From NCBI GenBank assembly GCA_963750165.1, contig CAVVPN010000003.1, positions 1,344,001 to 1,408,000 of the forward strand: a DNA stretch of 64,000 nt. Direction: 5' to 3'. The stretch is from an uncultured Gemmataceae bacterium (GTDB lineage: Bacteria > Planctomycetota > Planctomycetia > Gemmatales > Gemmataceae). The position numbers and the translations under genes were made by a program. Positions 31,610 through 41,982 of the stretch are shown in pieces. The notes below the pieces were generated by a model that saw only the letters and a list, made by a program, of their open reading frames with translations, searched no databases and had not been told where the DNA came from. Position 1 is the stretch's first letter; every line of letters begins with the position of its first letter.

Positions 31610-31852
31610 ATGCCAAGGATTTGGATTCACAGTTGGGTGCTGCGGTTGCAGACGTGGTTTGCCGAGCCTGCCGTGGCGCCGCCTGCTGCGCTGTCCGAGC
31701 TGCCGACCGACGGTTACGTGAGCGTGGCGGCCCTCCCGCGCGCCTGGATCGGCGATTACCAGGACCGGATCGTGGAGGGCGTGTCCTTCGGCACACCGCC
31801 GCCACCACCGCCTGCACCGCCGCCGGTCAGCCGGTTGCTGTGGATGCGCTGA
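31610..31852 (+). CDS. Possible small hypothetical protein
   Basis: 80-aa ATG ORF directly after the kinase; no recognisable motif. Confidence 0.3.
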   Translation: MPRIWIHSWVLRLQTWFAEPAVAPPAALSELPTDGYVSVAALPRAWIGDYQDRIVEGVSFGTPPPPPPAPPPVSRLLWMR

Positions 31853-31885
31853 GGCGCTGCCGTGTGAGCCAGGAAGTGCTGGCCA

Positions 31886-32140
31886 GCGCAAGGGTGCCAG
31901 GGCGGCCAACGGCGCGTGTGCCAGGGGGGGACAAAAAAAGCGTGCCGTGGGATGCCTGGCAGCGCCGGTCCGCGCAAGGGTGCCAAGGGTGCCAAGGGTG
32001 CCAACTTTTTCACACGTCGAGATGCGGCGCCCTTGCCCCGCACGGGTGGCTCTGCTCGACAGCGGACGGCAGCGGTTGCCACAGCAAGGGGGCCAAGGAG
32101 GCCAAGGGAGCCAACTTTTTCATACGTCGAGAATCGGCGC
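31886..32140 (-). repeat. Dispersed repeat family X, longest copy: two cores 110 bp apart plus tail
   Basis: Minus-strand cores start at 32132 and 32022; fillers TCC/CTC/CCC and ACC/ACC/ACC. Confidence 0.92.
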
Positions 32141-32256
32141 CCTTGGGCCGGCTACAGCGTCATCCTGCGGACCCCTCAGGAACGCAGCAGCGCGTACCGG
32201 AGTGTGCCACTGCCTCGCCGCCTTGCTGGAACACGCCCCGAGCCGCCAGCGGTTTT

Positions 32257-32910
32257 CTATCCGCCAGAGTTCAACCCCCTATCACCCTCAACCGATTTCC
32301 CGTCTAATGCACCACTTTGAACGCAGCGAATGCGGAAGTGCTGTTGCAGCACTTTGAACGCCAACCCACTGAGCCATGCACCAAGAATTAACCCCAACAT
32401 GGACAGCAGAAAGGCCCGAACAATAACCCACCCAACTTCCATTGTTAACACGATCGGATTGGCCGAAACCAGAATCGGGAGGGAAGTGTAAAACATCCAA
32501 ACGGCGGCCAGAACTGGCACGACGACCATCAAAAGCAAATAGAGCCACCCCTGTGTCCGCGCCGTCCATACCTCGAACTTCTCGAGGGCCACCAGGCCGG
32601 TGATTGCCTCGTCTCGCTCTCGATCCTCGCCCGGAAACAACGCAGCGGGCAGGGCTCGCCCGGTGGAAATCATCCCATCCTGGGGTAAGCGGGAGCGTAA
32701 CAGCAACTCGACGTAGCGCTCCCGAGCCTCCCGGACCGTTTGCACTTCACCAAGGTCGAATTGAAAGGTCACGGCCGACCGGCGATACATGTCGAGCAGC
32801 AGGGCTGTGCGGCTGCGAAACACGGGACCCATCAATGCTCGCAGGAGGCTCTTCCAGGCTCCCAGTTCCTCGGAGTGGTCCCGTACCCGTTTCTCATCGG
32901 ACGCATCCAT
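32257..32910 (-). CDS. Hypothetical membrane protein, lower GC
   Basis: Two to three hydrophobic helices near the C-terminus; many A/T-ending codons. Confidence 0.55.
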   Translation of the reverse strand: MDASDEKRVRDHSEELGAWKSLLRALMGPVFRSRTALLLDMYRRSAVTFQFDLGEVQTVREARERYVELLLRSRLPQDGMISTGRALPAALFPGEDRERDEAITGLVALEKFEVWTARTQGWLYLLLMVVVPVLAAVWMFYTSLPILVSANPIVLTMEVGWVIVRAFLLSMLGLILGAWLSGLAFKVLQQHFRIRCVQSGALDGKSVEGDRGLNSGG

Positions 32911-32948
32911 GACGCCACCTGGAGAAGACAAAGAAGCGGTCAACGGCA

Positions 32949-33743
32949 TCACAACCCCAGCACGTCATTCATCGTGTACCGCCCCGCCGGCCGCCCTGCC
33001 AGGAACTTGGCCGCCTGCAGCGCCCCACGCACGTAGCAGTCGCGCGCGTGCGCCCGGTGCGTCAACTCCAGCGTCTCACCGAGCGTACTGAAGATAATCG
33101 TGTGTTCGCCGACGTTATCGCCGACACGGATCGCGTGGATGCCGATCTCGTGCGCCGGCCGCTCACCCACCAACCCCTCACGGCCGTGCCGCAGTTCCGT
33201 CTGGCCCATCGCCTCCTGGATCAGTTTTGCGAACCCCAGGGCGGTGCCGCTCGGCGAGTCCTTCTTGAAGCGGTGGTGCCGCTCCAGGATTTCCACGTCA
33301 AAACCGCGGCCCTTGAGCACCTGCGCCGCCTGGGCGACCAGCTTCATCAGCACGTTGACCGCCAGGCTCATGTTCGGCGCCATCAATACGGCGGTGTGGT
33401 GCGCTGCCGCCTCGATCTCGCGCTGCTGCGCCGGCGTGTGGCCGGTCGTCGCCACCACGATGCCGATCTGGCGCTCCAGCGCTACCGGCAGCGCCGCCAT
33501 CGTCCCTTCCGGCGTCGAGAAGTCAATCAGCACGTCCAGCCGCTGCTCCACCGGTACGAACGACTGCACCGGCACGCCGAGCTTGCCGATGCCCGCCACC
33601 TCACCGGCGTCGCGGCCCTGCTGCGGATGACCCGGCGCGTCCAGCGCCGCGGCGAGCGTCAGTTCGCGGTCCTCGTGCGCCAGTTGCACGATGCGCTGAC
33701 CCATGCGGCCGCAGGCGCCGTTGACAGCGATGAGCGTCTTCAT
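32949..33743 (-). CDS. dapB: 4-hydroxy-tetrahydrodipicolinate reductase
   Basis: GACGRMG, IDFS, APNMSL, ERHHRFKKDSPSGTA. Confidence 0.96.
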   Translation of the reverse strand: MKTLIAVNGACGRMGQRIVQLAHEDRELTLAAALDAPGHPQQGRDAGEVAGIGKLGVPVQSFVPVEQRLDVLIDFSTPEGTMAALPVALERQIGIVVATTGHTPAQQREIEAAAHHTAVLMAPNMSLAVNVLMKLVAQAAQVLKGRGFDVEILERHHRFKKDSPSGTALGFAKLIQEAMGQTELRHGREGLVGERPAHEIGIHAIRVGDNVGEHTIIFSTLGETLELTHRAHARDCYVRGALQAAKFLAGRPAGRYTMNDVLGL

Positions 33744-33827
33744 GCGAACACCTCGAGGGTATTGATGTCCCGTCCGAGGCGTTTCTATCCCGCGACCGTG
33801 CCCTCGTCGAGGCCGAGCGCCTCCGAC

Positions 33828-36800
33828 TCACGGCGCCACGGCCGTCACGGTGCCATCCGGGTTTAGCCGCGTGGCGTAGCGGCGCTGGAACTGGTAATAG
33901 TCGGCGCTGGTGATGTAGCCGCGCCCCGAATAGTCCAGGAACGCCCGGTATTTGGTCTGGCCGAGCACACTGTTCAGCGACTGCTGCATCGTCGTCAGGT
34001 CCACGTTGGTGACCTGACCGTCGCCGTTGACGTCGCCGAAGTAGCGGAAGAACGCCGCCGCCTGCGCCGCGAACGGGTCGCCCGCCGTCGCCAACCCCGG
34101 CCCGCCCGGGCCGCCGCCCTGGATCGCCGACTCGTTGAATTGCAGCGTGTAATTGCCGTCCTCCAGCGAGGCGAACTCCGTGCCCAGGCCGCTGAAGCTG
34201 TAAATCACCGTGTAGTTGCCGTTCGTGCGGTTGTAGGAAGCGCTGAACACGTTGGCGTGGATCAGCGTGCCGCCCGCCGCCCCGTACGGCCCGTTCACCT
34301 TGATGAGATCCAGGCCGCGGTTCGTCGTCGGTGATTGCAGGTTCGGGTCCAGGAACACGAAACTGCTGAACGTCACCTGAAGGTAACGGATCGCCGACTT
34401 CTGGCCGTTGTTGACGTTGCCGGCGGCTCCGGCCACCAGCGTACTCGTGCCGCCCTGGACCGCCGGGAGCGCGAAGTTCGCCGAGTAATTGACGCTGCCC
34501 ACGACCACCGGCGGCGGCGCCGAGGTGTTGCCGTAGGTCACGAAGCCGAGGCTGCTGTCGTCCAGGTCGTGCTCGATCAGCTGCTCGACCTGGAACAGCG
34601 GCAGGTTGGCGTTGCCGTTCCAGGTGTTGTTCTGAGCGGTCACGTCCATGCGGCCCAGCTGCGGCCCCACGGCGCCGTAGTTGAACGACTGCTCCACGCC
34701 GTTCGGCAGGGCGCCGAACGGAGCCGTGCCAGTGTTCAAATCGCGGATGGCCTGCGGGAAGATCGGCCCCGGGTTGGGCGTGGCCGTGGCCGAGGTATCC
34801 AGCGTGTAGCCGTTGAACGTGTTGTTGCCCGTGCTGTGGGCGGTCGAGCCCAGCGGTGTGCCGCTCAGCAGACCGGTGATGTCGCCGTAGTAGCCGACGT
34901 TGCCGGCCGGCCCGTTCGGCAGCGGTGTCGCCGACGCCGCCAGCTGGCCCGCATCCACGATGCCGCCGTTCTGCACCTGCAGGCCGCTGGCGAAGTTGCC
35001 GACGTTGTCGTTGTTGATGTGGTCGCCCTGCAGCAGCGCCGTGCCGCCGGCGACCAGCACGCCGACGTTCTGGTCCTGCACCGTGCTGTTCTGCAGGTTG
35101 GCGCTGGCCCTGGCCTGCACGCGGACGCCCACGGCGGTGACGTTGCCGCTGACCAGCTTGTCCACCGTGATGCCCGCGGTGGTGCCGATCTGCACGAACA
35201 CGCTGCCTGGGTTCACGTCAATGCCGATGCCGCCCGTCGTCTGCGGGTTGTCGATCGTCAGGTTTTGAATCTGCGTCGGGTTCGCCCGGGTGCTGGCGAT
35301 CACGGCCACCTGGCCCTTGATCGTGCCGCTGCCGTTGAGCACCACGCCGGCCGAGTCCAGGCTGACCGCCCCGCCGTTCACCGTGGCGTTGTTGTTAATG
35401 GCCCCGCTGACCGTCAGCGTGCCGACGTTCACGATCGTCAGGCCGGTGTAGGTGTTCAGGCCGGACAGCGTGAACTGGTCGCTGCTCTGCTTGATCAGGT
35501 TGCCGCTGCCGCTCATGACGCCGGCGAACACGGTGTTGGTGGCGTCGCCCGTCCTCAGGGTGTAGGGGTTGAGCGTCACGAAGGTGCCGGCCACGCCGGT
35601 CAGGTCGCCGATGGTTACGGTGGTCTGCAGGTCGAGCGTGGCGCCGGCCACGGGGATCGTGACAGAATTCGTGGGAAAGATGGGTTGCGCCACCGCCAGG
35701 CTCAGGGTGCCGGCGTTGATCGTCGTCAGGCCGGTGTAGGTGTTGAAGCCGCTCAGCGTCAGTGTGCCGCTGCCGTTTTTGGTCAGCGTGCTGCCGCTGC
35801 CGTTGATTACCGACGAAATGCTGCCGGTGCCGGTGTTGGTCACCGTCATCGGCTGGCCGTTCAGGTTCACCGGGTTGCTGCTGATGCTCAGCGTGCCGGC
35901 GTCGGTGATGTTCACGGGACCGGCGGTCACAGTGATGCCGCCGCTGATGCCGAAGTTGGTGCCGGTCAGGTTGACGCCGCCCGCGGCGCTCGCGGTCAGC
36001 AGGCCGCTGAACGTCGAGGTGCCGGTGCCGGCCGATTGCGTGATCGCGCCGGCGGTGATGGCGCCGGCGTTGACGTTGTTGGCGGTGGTGATCGTCAGGC
36101 TGGTCAGCGGCGCGCTGCCGCCGACCGCCCCGCTCAGATTGACGCTGCCGGCTGCGGTCGGCGTCAGCGTCAGCGTCTGGGCGCCGTTGATGGTGCTGGC
36201 GAAATTGATGTTGCCGCCGCCGGTGTTCGTCACGATGACGTTGCTGGCCAGGGTCACCGGGTTGTTGACCTGGATGTTGCCGGCGCTGGTTTGCAAATTC
36301 GTGTTGAGGAATGTGCCGGCGCCGGCCGGGGCAGCCCCGCCGACGGCAGTGTTGTCCAGCGTCAGGGTGCCGGCGGCGCTCAGGGCGGTGTTGCCTGCCC
36401 AGTCGAGGCGCACGGCGTCCGTGCTGGTGCCGCCGGTGGCGAACACGTCCTTGCCGGTGGCGGTCAGGGTGCCCGCCGAGGTCACCTGGCCGGTGTTCGC
36501 CCCGGTGTGATCGACCCAGGCGCCGCCGGCGCCGACGCCCGCGGCGCCGGTGCCGGCGGTCAGGCTGACGTTGCCGGTGCCGCCCGTGGACAGCGGCGCC
36601 CGCACGATCACGTCCCGTGCCGCCGACAGCGTGGCGTTGCCATTGGTGGCGCTGACCGTTCCCATCGTGATTATGTCGCCGGCCGTAGTGGTCAGGGACA
36701 GGTTGCGCGTTGTCGCCGTCGGGCCGTTGGCCGTGACCGTGTCGGCCGTGATGGTGCCGCCGGCCGTGATGATGATGACACCGTCCGCGGTGGTCACACT

Positions 36801-39800
36801 GGTCAACGTCACCGCGTCCAGCTCGCCGATCCAGATCCCGTGCGTGCCGGCGTTGGGAGTGTTGGTGGTCGCGGCGGTGATGCTGTTGGCCGCGGTGTCG
36901 ATCATGGCCGTCGCCCCGGGCGCTCCAATGTCCACGGCGGCGGTCAGGTTGACCACGTTGCCGCTGATGCGCGTGGCGTTGTTGCCGTCGTCAAGGATGG
37001 AACCGGTGGTCGCCGTCACGGTGGCGGTGGCGGAGGCGGACACGGTCGTCACGGTCAGATTGCCGCTGGCCGCGGTCACGGTGGCGGTGCCGGTGGCGGC
37101 GCTGACGTTGAGCACGTTGGCCCCGGTGGTGTTGCGGATGCTCACGTCGCCGGTGCCGCTGCTGGTGGCCGTGATGTTGCTCACGGTCGTGTCCAGGCTG
37201 ATGCCGGTGCCGGCCGAGGCGGCCAGGCTCGTGGCGGCGACATTGACCGCCGCGCCGTTGCCGTCGGTGATGGCGCCGCCGCCGGCGTTCAGCGTGGCCG
37301 TGGTGCCCGCGGTGATGAGGGCGTTGGCGGCAATGGCCTGCGACGCGATGTTCACCGATCCTGCGAAGTTCACGGCGCCGTTGACGGCGACCGAGTCGGT
37401 GCCCACGCCGGTGTTGATCTGGAAATTGGTGATGTTGCTGGCGGTGCCGTTGGCGCCGCTGACGGTGATGGTGTCGTTGCCGTCAACGGTGGTGGTGTCA
37501 ATCACCAGGCTGGTATCGTTGAAGAAGGCGGGCGTCTCGATGGCCACGCCGCCGCTTGTGCCGGTGACGCGGATGGCGGAGACGGTGCCGGTCTGGAAGT
37601 CGGTGCCGTTGGCGACGGTCAGCACGTCGTTGGCGCCGGGCAGGTTGAGCGTCGCCGTGGTCATGCCCGAGATGTCTACAGGCTGCAGGCCGGTGAAGGT
37701 GATGAGCGTGCCGCCGACATTGATGGTGCCGTTGCCCGTGGTGACGGCGTCGGGCAGGTAGGTGGCGGCGTGGGCGCCGTCGCCCTTGACGTACAGGCGG
37801 TCGGTGATGCCGGCACCAGCGGTGCCGCCGTGGAAGATGACCGGCACCGCGAAAAAGCCGCCGACGTTGTAATCGATCAGCAGCGAATCGCTGACGCCGT
37901 TCTGGCCGTTGAGGGTGTATTGCGACACGGCTGCCACCGGGTGCGAATCGACCAGGACGCCGTTGCGGAACAGTTGCAGAAGGCTGCCGTTCCGCTCCAG
38001 CACGAAGTTGGCGCCGCCGCCGGTCTCGGTGTAGCTGGCCGGGCCGCTGACGTTCAGCGTCACGTCGTTGCCGTCGCCGCCGGCGTAGCTGATGACGCCG
38101 GTGAAGGCGCCGACGCTGACCGTGGCGCCTTCCGGCAAGCCGTTGAAGGTGCCGGTGACGGGATCGGTGCCGTCGTTGTTGATGATCTTGACAACGGTGC
38201 CGGCGGCCGGCGCCGCGGCGCCGCCCACCAGGTTCAGCGTGGCGCCGCCAAGGGTCACGGTGCCGGTCACGTTGGTCTGGTCGTAGTCAGTGCCGGCGGT
38301 GGCGTAAGGGCTGTTCAACTGAACCTTGTAGGTTGAACCGGCGGCCAGCGTCAGATTGCCGGTGCCGAGGATGGCGGGACTGCTGCCGGGGAACAGCGTG
38401 CTGCCGCTGTTGACCTGCACGGTGCCGGCGGCGGTGCCGGTGCCGCCAAGGGTCGCGGTGTTGTTCACGCTGACCGCGCTGCCGGCGGCGGTGGAGCCGT
38501 TGACCAGCAACGTGCCGCCGTTCGCGGTCGTGGTGCCGGTGTAGGTGTTGGTGCCGCTCAGGGTCAGGGTGCCGGCGCCGCTCTTCGTCAGCGCCACGGT
38601 GCCGCTGCCGTTCTGGATTACGCCAGAGAAACTGCCGCCGCCAGCCCCGACCGTCAAGGTAACTGCGCCGGCCACGCCGCTGCTCACCGTGCCGGTGCCG
38701 TTCAGGCCGTTGATCGTCGGGCTGAGGCCGTTCAGGTCGAGCGTGGCAGTCGTGAGCGTGACGCTGGTGGTGGTGGGGACGGCGGCGGCACTGGTGAAGC
38801 GGAACGTGTCGCTGGCCGCACCGCTGAACGTTTCTGTACCTGGGGCGAAGCCGTTGTCCATCGCCGCCAGCTGCACCAGGCTGCTGCTGCCGGCGGTATT
38901 GATGGTCAGGGACGTGGCGGGGTTGGCGAAGGTGGTGGTCTCGAACGCCGGGCCGCCGGTGCTGCGGATCTGCGAGACGCCGTCGGTGAGGTTGCCGTTG
39001 TCTTCCAGGCTGGCCTGGGCGCCGGCGGGCAGGTTGAACACCAGGTTGCCAACGGTGCTGCCGGTCATGTCCACCGGGGCGAGGCCGTCGTAGGTGATCG
39101 TGTCGGTGGTGGTGCCGGCGCCGGTCGTGTCGTAGACGAGACTGCCGCTGTGCCCGGGGCCGGTGGTCGTGAAGGTCGCCGTCGCCATGTTGAACGTGCC
39201 GCCCTTGACGACAAGATTGTCCCCCGCGTTGTTGCCGCCGTGGTAATCGATGGGCGTGGTGAAGAAGCCGCCCGTGCCGCCGAAATTCACCGTCAGCGTG
39301 TCGGTGCCGCCGGCGGTGTTGAAGATCAGGTGGCCGGTGACCGACGCTTGCGGGAGGGTCAGCGTCTGGTTGTTGTTGGAGAGCGTGCCGCCGCTGGGGG
39401 CCGACTGGAACTGCTGGCTGGCGTCGGTGATGACGAAATTGCCCGCGCCGTCGGCGCTGACGGTCAGGCTGTTGTTCACGTTGGCGGTGTCGGCAATGGT
39501 CAGGTTGCCGGAGCCGTCGAGCGTCGGCGCCAGGGTGCCCCCGGTCATCACGGCCTGTATCTGGGCCGTGCTCAGGGCGTTGTCGTAGAAGCGGACGTCA
39601 TCGACCAGGCCCGGGAACCAGATATTATTGTGCGCGTCGCCGCCGATGGTCGTGTACGGGTTGATGGTCAGCGCCGCGGGGTTCACGTTCGTAAGGGAGT
39701 TCTGCTGAACGCCGTCCACGTACAGATAAATCGTGCCGCCCTGCCGCTCCCCGGAGATGAAGTGCCACTGGCCGTCGTTGACCGAGGTGGTGGACTGGAT

Positions 39801-40256
39801 GGTGGTGTCCGGGCCGTAGGAGCCGCCGCCGATGCCGAACCCGAACTTACCGCCGGCGTTGATGGTAGTGCCGAAGTCGTTGGCTACCCCGGGCCACTCC
39901 GAGGTGATGATCGGGTTGCCGTTGTAGAACTGGTTGCCGCCGCCGCTGGCGGTGGTCTTGATCCAGGCCGTGATGGTGAAGTCATTCTGGACCGGCCGGT
40001 TGATCTGGACGTATTGCCCACTGCCGGCGAAACTGAACGCCTGGCCGTAGACGCCGGGGGCGTAGGCGGCGGTGCCGACCCAGGTGCCGTTGTCGGTCCC
40101 CTGGCTGTCATTGGCGTTGCCTTCGGCCTGATACCAGTCCACCAGGGCGGGAGTCAGACGGATTTCAAGGGGCTCCAGCTGCAACCGCACCCGGTTGCGC
40201 CGGGCCGACGTGCCAGAGGAATTCCGAGACCACTTCTTCAGCCAGTTGAAGATCAC
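33828..40256 (-). CDS. Large secreted adhesin-like protein (LEPR-XLL-like motif, LamG, beta-helix/autotransporter-type repeats, C-terminal dockerin-like domain)
   Basis: GTG start after AGGAG; RLQLEPLEIRLTPA; LamG (NDGQWHF..LYVDG..GLVDDVRFY); LTKSGAGTLTLSGTNTYTG-type repeats; RYFGDVNGDGQV. Confidence 0.88.
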   Translation of the reverse strand: MIFNWLKKWSRNSSGTSARRNRVRLQLEPLEIRLTPALVDWYQAEGNANDSQGTDNGTWVGTAAYAPGVYGQAFSFAGSGQYVQINRPVQNDFTITAWIKTTASGGGNQFYNGNPIITSEWPGVANDFGTTINAGGKFGFGIGGGSYGPDTTIQSTTSVNDGQWHFISGERQGGTIYLYVDGVQQNSLTNVNPAALTINPYTTIGGDAHNNIWFPGLVDDVRFYDNALSTAQIQAVMTGGTLAPTLDGSGNLTIADTANVNNSLTVSADGAGNFVITDASQQFQSAPSGGTLSNNNQTLTLPQASVTGHLIFNTAGGTDTLTVNFGGTGGFFTTPIDYHGGNNAGDNLVVKGGTFNMATATFTTTGPGHSGSLVYDTTGAGTTTDTITYDGLAPVDMTGSTVGNLVFNLPAGAQASLEDNGNLTDGVSQIRSTGGPAFETTTFANPATSLTINTAGSSSLVQLAAMDNGFAPGTETFSGAASDTFRFTSAAAVPTTTSVTLTTATLDLNGLSPTINGLNGTGTVSSGVAGAVTLTVGAGGGSFSGVIQNGSGTVALTKSGAGTLTLSGTNTYTGTTTANGGTLLVNGSTAAGSAVSVNNTATLGGTGTAAGTVQVNSGSTLFPGSSPAILGTGNLTLAAGSTYKVQLNSPYATAGTDYDQTNVTGTVTLGGATLNLVGGAAAPAAGTVVKIINNDGTDPVTGTFNGLPEGATVSVGAFTGVISYAGGDGNDVTLNVSGPASYTETGGGANFVLERNGSLLQLFRNGVLVDSHPVAAVSQYTLNGQNGVSDSLLIDYNVGGFFAVPVIFHGGTAGAGITDRLYVKGDGAHAATYLPDAVTTGNGTINVGGTLITFTGLQPVDISGMTTATLNLPGANDVLTVANGTDFQTGTVSAIRVTGTSGGVAIETPAFFNDTSLVIDTTTVDGNDTITVSGANGTASNITNFQINTGVGTDSVAVNGAVNFAGSVNIASQAIAANALITAGTTATLNAGGGAITDGNGAAVNVAATSLAASAGTGISLDTTVSNITATSSGTGDVSIRNTTGANVLNVSAATGTATVTAASGNLTVTTVSASATATVTATTGSILDDGNNATRISGNVVNLTAAVDIGAPGATAMIDTAANSITAATTNTPNAGTHGIWIGELDAVTLTSVTTADGVIIITAGGTITADTVTANGPTATTRNLSLTTTAGDIITMGTVSATNGNATLSAARDVIVRAPLSTGGTGNVSLTAGTGAAGVGAGGAWVDHTGANTGQVTSAGTLTATGKDVFATGGTSTDAVRLDWAGNTALSAAGTLTLDNTAVGGAAPAGAGTFLNTNLQTSAGNIQVNNPVTLASNVIVTNTGGGNINFASTINGAQTLTLTPTAAGSVNLSGAVGGSAPLTSLTITTANNVNAGAITAGAITQSAGTGTSTFSGLLTASAAGGVNLTGTNFGISGGITVTAGPVNITDAGTLSISSNPVNLNGQPMTVTNTGTGSISSVINGSGSTLTKNGSGTLTLSGFNTYTGLTTINAGTLSLAVAQPIFPTNSVTIPVAGATLDLQTTVTIGDLTGVAGTFVTLNPYTLRTGDATNTVFAGVMSGSGNLIKQSSDQFTLSGLNTYTGLTIVNVGTLTVSGAINNNATVNGGAVSLDSAGVVLNGSGTIKGQVAVIASTRANPTQIQNLTIDNPQTTGGIGIDVNPGSVFVQIGTTAGITVDKLVSGNVTAVGVRVQARASANLQNSTVQDQNVGVLVAGGTALLQGDHINNDNVGNFASGLQVQNGGIVDAGQLAASATPLPNGPAGNVGYYGDITGLLSGTPLGSTAHSTGNNTFNGYTLDTSATATPNPGPIFPQAIRDLNTGTAPFGALPNGVEQSFNYGAVGPQLGRMDVTAQNNTWNGNANLPLFQVEQLIEHDLDDSSLGFVTYGNTSAPPPVVVGSVNYSANFALPAVQGGTSTLVAGAAGNVNNGQKSAIRYLQVTFSSFVFLDPNLQSPTTNRGLDLIKVNGPYGAAGGTLIHANVFSASYNRTNGNYTVIYSFSGLGTEFASLEDGNYTLQFNESAIQGGGPGGPGLATAGDPFAAQAAAFFRYFGDVNGDGQVTNVDLTTMQQSLNSVLGQTKYRAFLDYSGRGYITSADYYQFQRRYATRLNPDGTVTAVAP

Positions 40257-40651
40257 AGGTGCGACTCCTGAGCAAAGAGAATGCGGTCTGACCCAGGGCA
40301 ACAGGGAAACCGGCAGGGCCTGGGGCGCGGAGACAAAAGTTGTTACGCGAATCAAACGGAATGATTCTGCAGACCCCTCGTTTTGTGCCCATCCTGCGGC
40401 GCATTGGGAAAACGCATTATGTGTTGGTAGGATGTTACGATCCGGCAAAAAGTTCCGTCAAACGAAAAAGCACCGATTCTGCCCGCCGCGCCAATATAGC
40501 TCCCGTACAGCCGGCAGATCGGAGATTCTTGCCAGATTCGCTACACCTGGCAAATTCACTCCGTTTCTCCCGGGCGCCCCTGCCGACAGCTGACGTAGTG
40601 TATAGTGTTACCCCGGCGCTCTCCCCTTCCATCACCCTGCGAGGACCGGCC

Positions 40652-41620
40652 ATGCACACTCCCAACGACCCGCGCCCCGGCGACTCCCTGACGCGCCGTC
40701 ACCTGCTCGGCGGCCTGGCCGCGGTCGGGGCCGGCGCGGCCCTGGCCGCCCTGCCGACGCCCGCCGCCGCGGCGGTCGTTCAGCAGCCGGCGAAGTTGCG
40801 CGGCAACGTCAACCACTCGGTCTGCTTCTGGTGCTTCAACACCGCCGGCGAGAAGTGGGACCTGAACACGACCTGTCGCCATGCGGCGCAGCTGGGCTGC
40901 CGTTCCGTCGAGATCGTGCCGCCGGAGCAGTGGAAAATCCTGGAAAAACACAAGCTAATCTGCGCCATCGCGCCCAACGGCATGGACGGTATGCCGTTCG
41001 TCCGCGGTTACAACAACCCGAAGTATCACCAGGAATTGAACGCCCGGCTGCGCAAGGTGATCGACGCCTGTGCCGACGCGAAGTTCCCGAACGTGATCGC
41101 CTTCACCGGCTACAAGTGGCGCAACGCGGAGAACCCGAAAAGCGGCGAGATTCCGCGCGGCGAGGCGGCGGACAACTGCGTCAAGGGCTTGCAGGCGGTG
41201 GTGGGCCACGCGGAGAAGCGCGGCGTGACGATTTGCGTGGAGCACCTGAACACGCGCGACAGTTCGCACCCGATGAAGGGCCATCCCGGCTACTCCGGTG
41301 ACGACCTGGACTGGGTGGCGGCCATCATTCGGCGGGTGGGTTCGGCGCGGCTGCGGTTGCTGTTCGACGTGTACCATGTACAGGTGATGCACGGCGATCT
41401 GCTGCGGCGGCTGGAGCAAAACCGCGACATTCTCGGCCACATCCACACGGCTGGCAATCCGGGCCGCGGCGAACTGGACGAGCGGCAGGAGATCAACTAC
41501 CCGGCGGTGATGCGTAAGTTGCTGGACCTGAAATATCGGGGCCACGTCGGCCACGAATTCATCCCAACGCGGGCGCCGCTGGCGGGGTTGCGGCAGGCGG
41601 TGCAGGTGTGTGACGTATAA
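40652..41620 (+). CDS. Hydroxypyruvate isomerase-like TIM-barrel protein with Tat signal
   Basis: TRRHLL Tat motif; VEHLN, LLFDVYHVQVM, HIHTAGNPGRGE, GHEF. Confidence 0.85.
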   Translation: MHTPNDPRPGDSLTRRHLLGGLAAVGAGAALAALPTPAAAAVVQQPAKLRGNVNHSVCFWCFNTAGEKWDLNTTCRHAAQLGCRSVEIVPPEQWKILEKHKLICAIAPNGMDGMPFVRGYNNPKYHQELNARLRKVIDACADAKFPNVIAFTGYKWRNAENPKSGEIPRGEAADNCVKGLQAVVGHAEKRGVTICVEHLNTRDSSHPMKGHPGYSGDDLDWVAAIIRRVGSARLRLLFDVYHVQVMHGDLLRRLEQNRDILGHIHTAGNPGRGELDERQEINYPAVMRKLLDLKYRGHVGHEFIPTRAPLAGLRQAVQVCDV

Positions 41621-41982
41621 CGTAGTGCAGGCGGGCCGCCTCATGCCAACCACATTGGCTATCTTTGATTGATGTAAGTCCTTAACTGCCGGGGGTTGGG
41701 GTTGCCGAAACCCTGGATTTTTCAGCCACGATCCGGAGGGGCCAACGGGACTTGCCGGCGGCCCCCCCAACGGTCGAACCCATGTAAACCAGGGAAAAAC
41801 CACAATTCGGCATCCCGCCAACGATAGCCAATGCGGTTTCCCTTGATTCGACAATTGCCGCCGCCGGTGGACAGGGCGTGGCAGCTGGCGGGCGGTCCCC
41901 GGCGCGCTCCGGACGGAGGCGACTCACTATATTAGCCAGCAATTCGAGTTCGCCACCCCCATTACCCCACGGACGCCGGGCC

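Noticed and set aside
31916..32357. ORFs encoding [10 protein letters not shown] / [12 protein letters not shown] / CEKVGVLGVL peptides
   Set aside because: These are translations of the dispersed DNA repeat in several frames and both strands, with no consistent start, SD or stop.
34335..38336. 1333-aa + strand ORF
   Set aside because: Antisense shadow of the adhesin gene caused by high GC3; no protein motifs.
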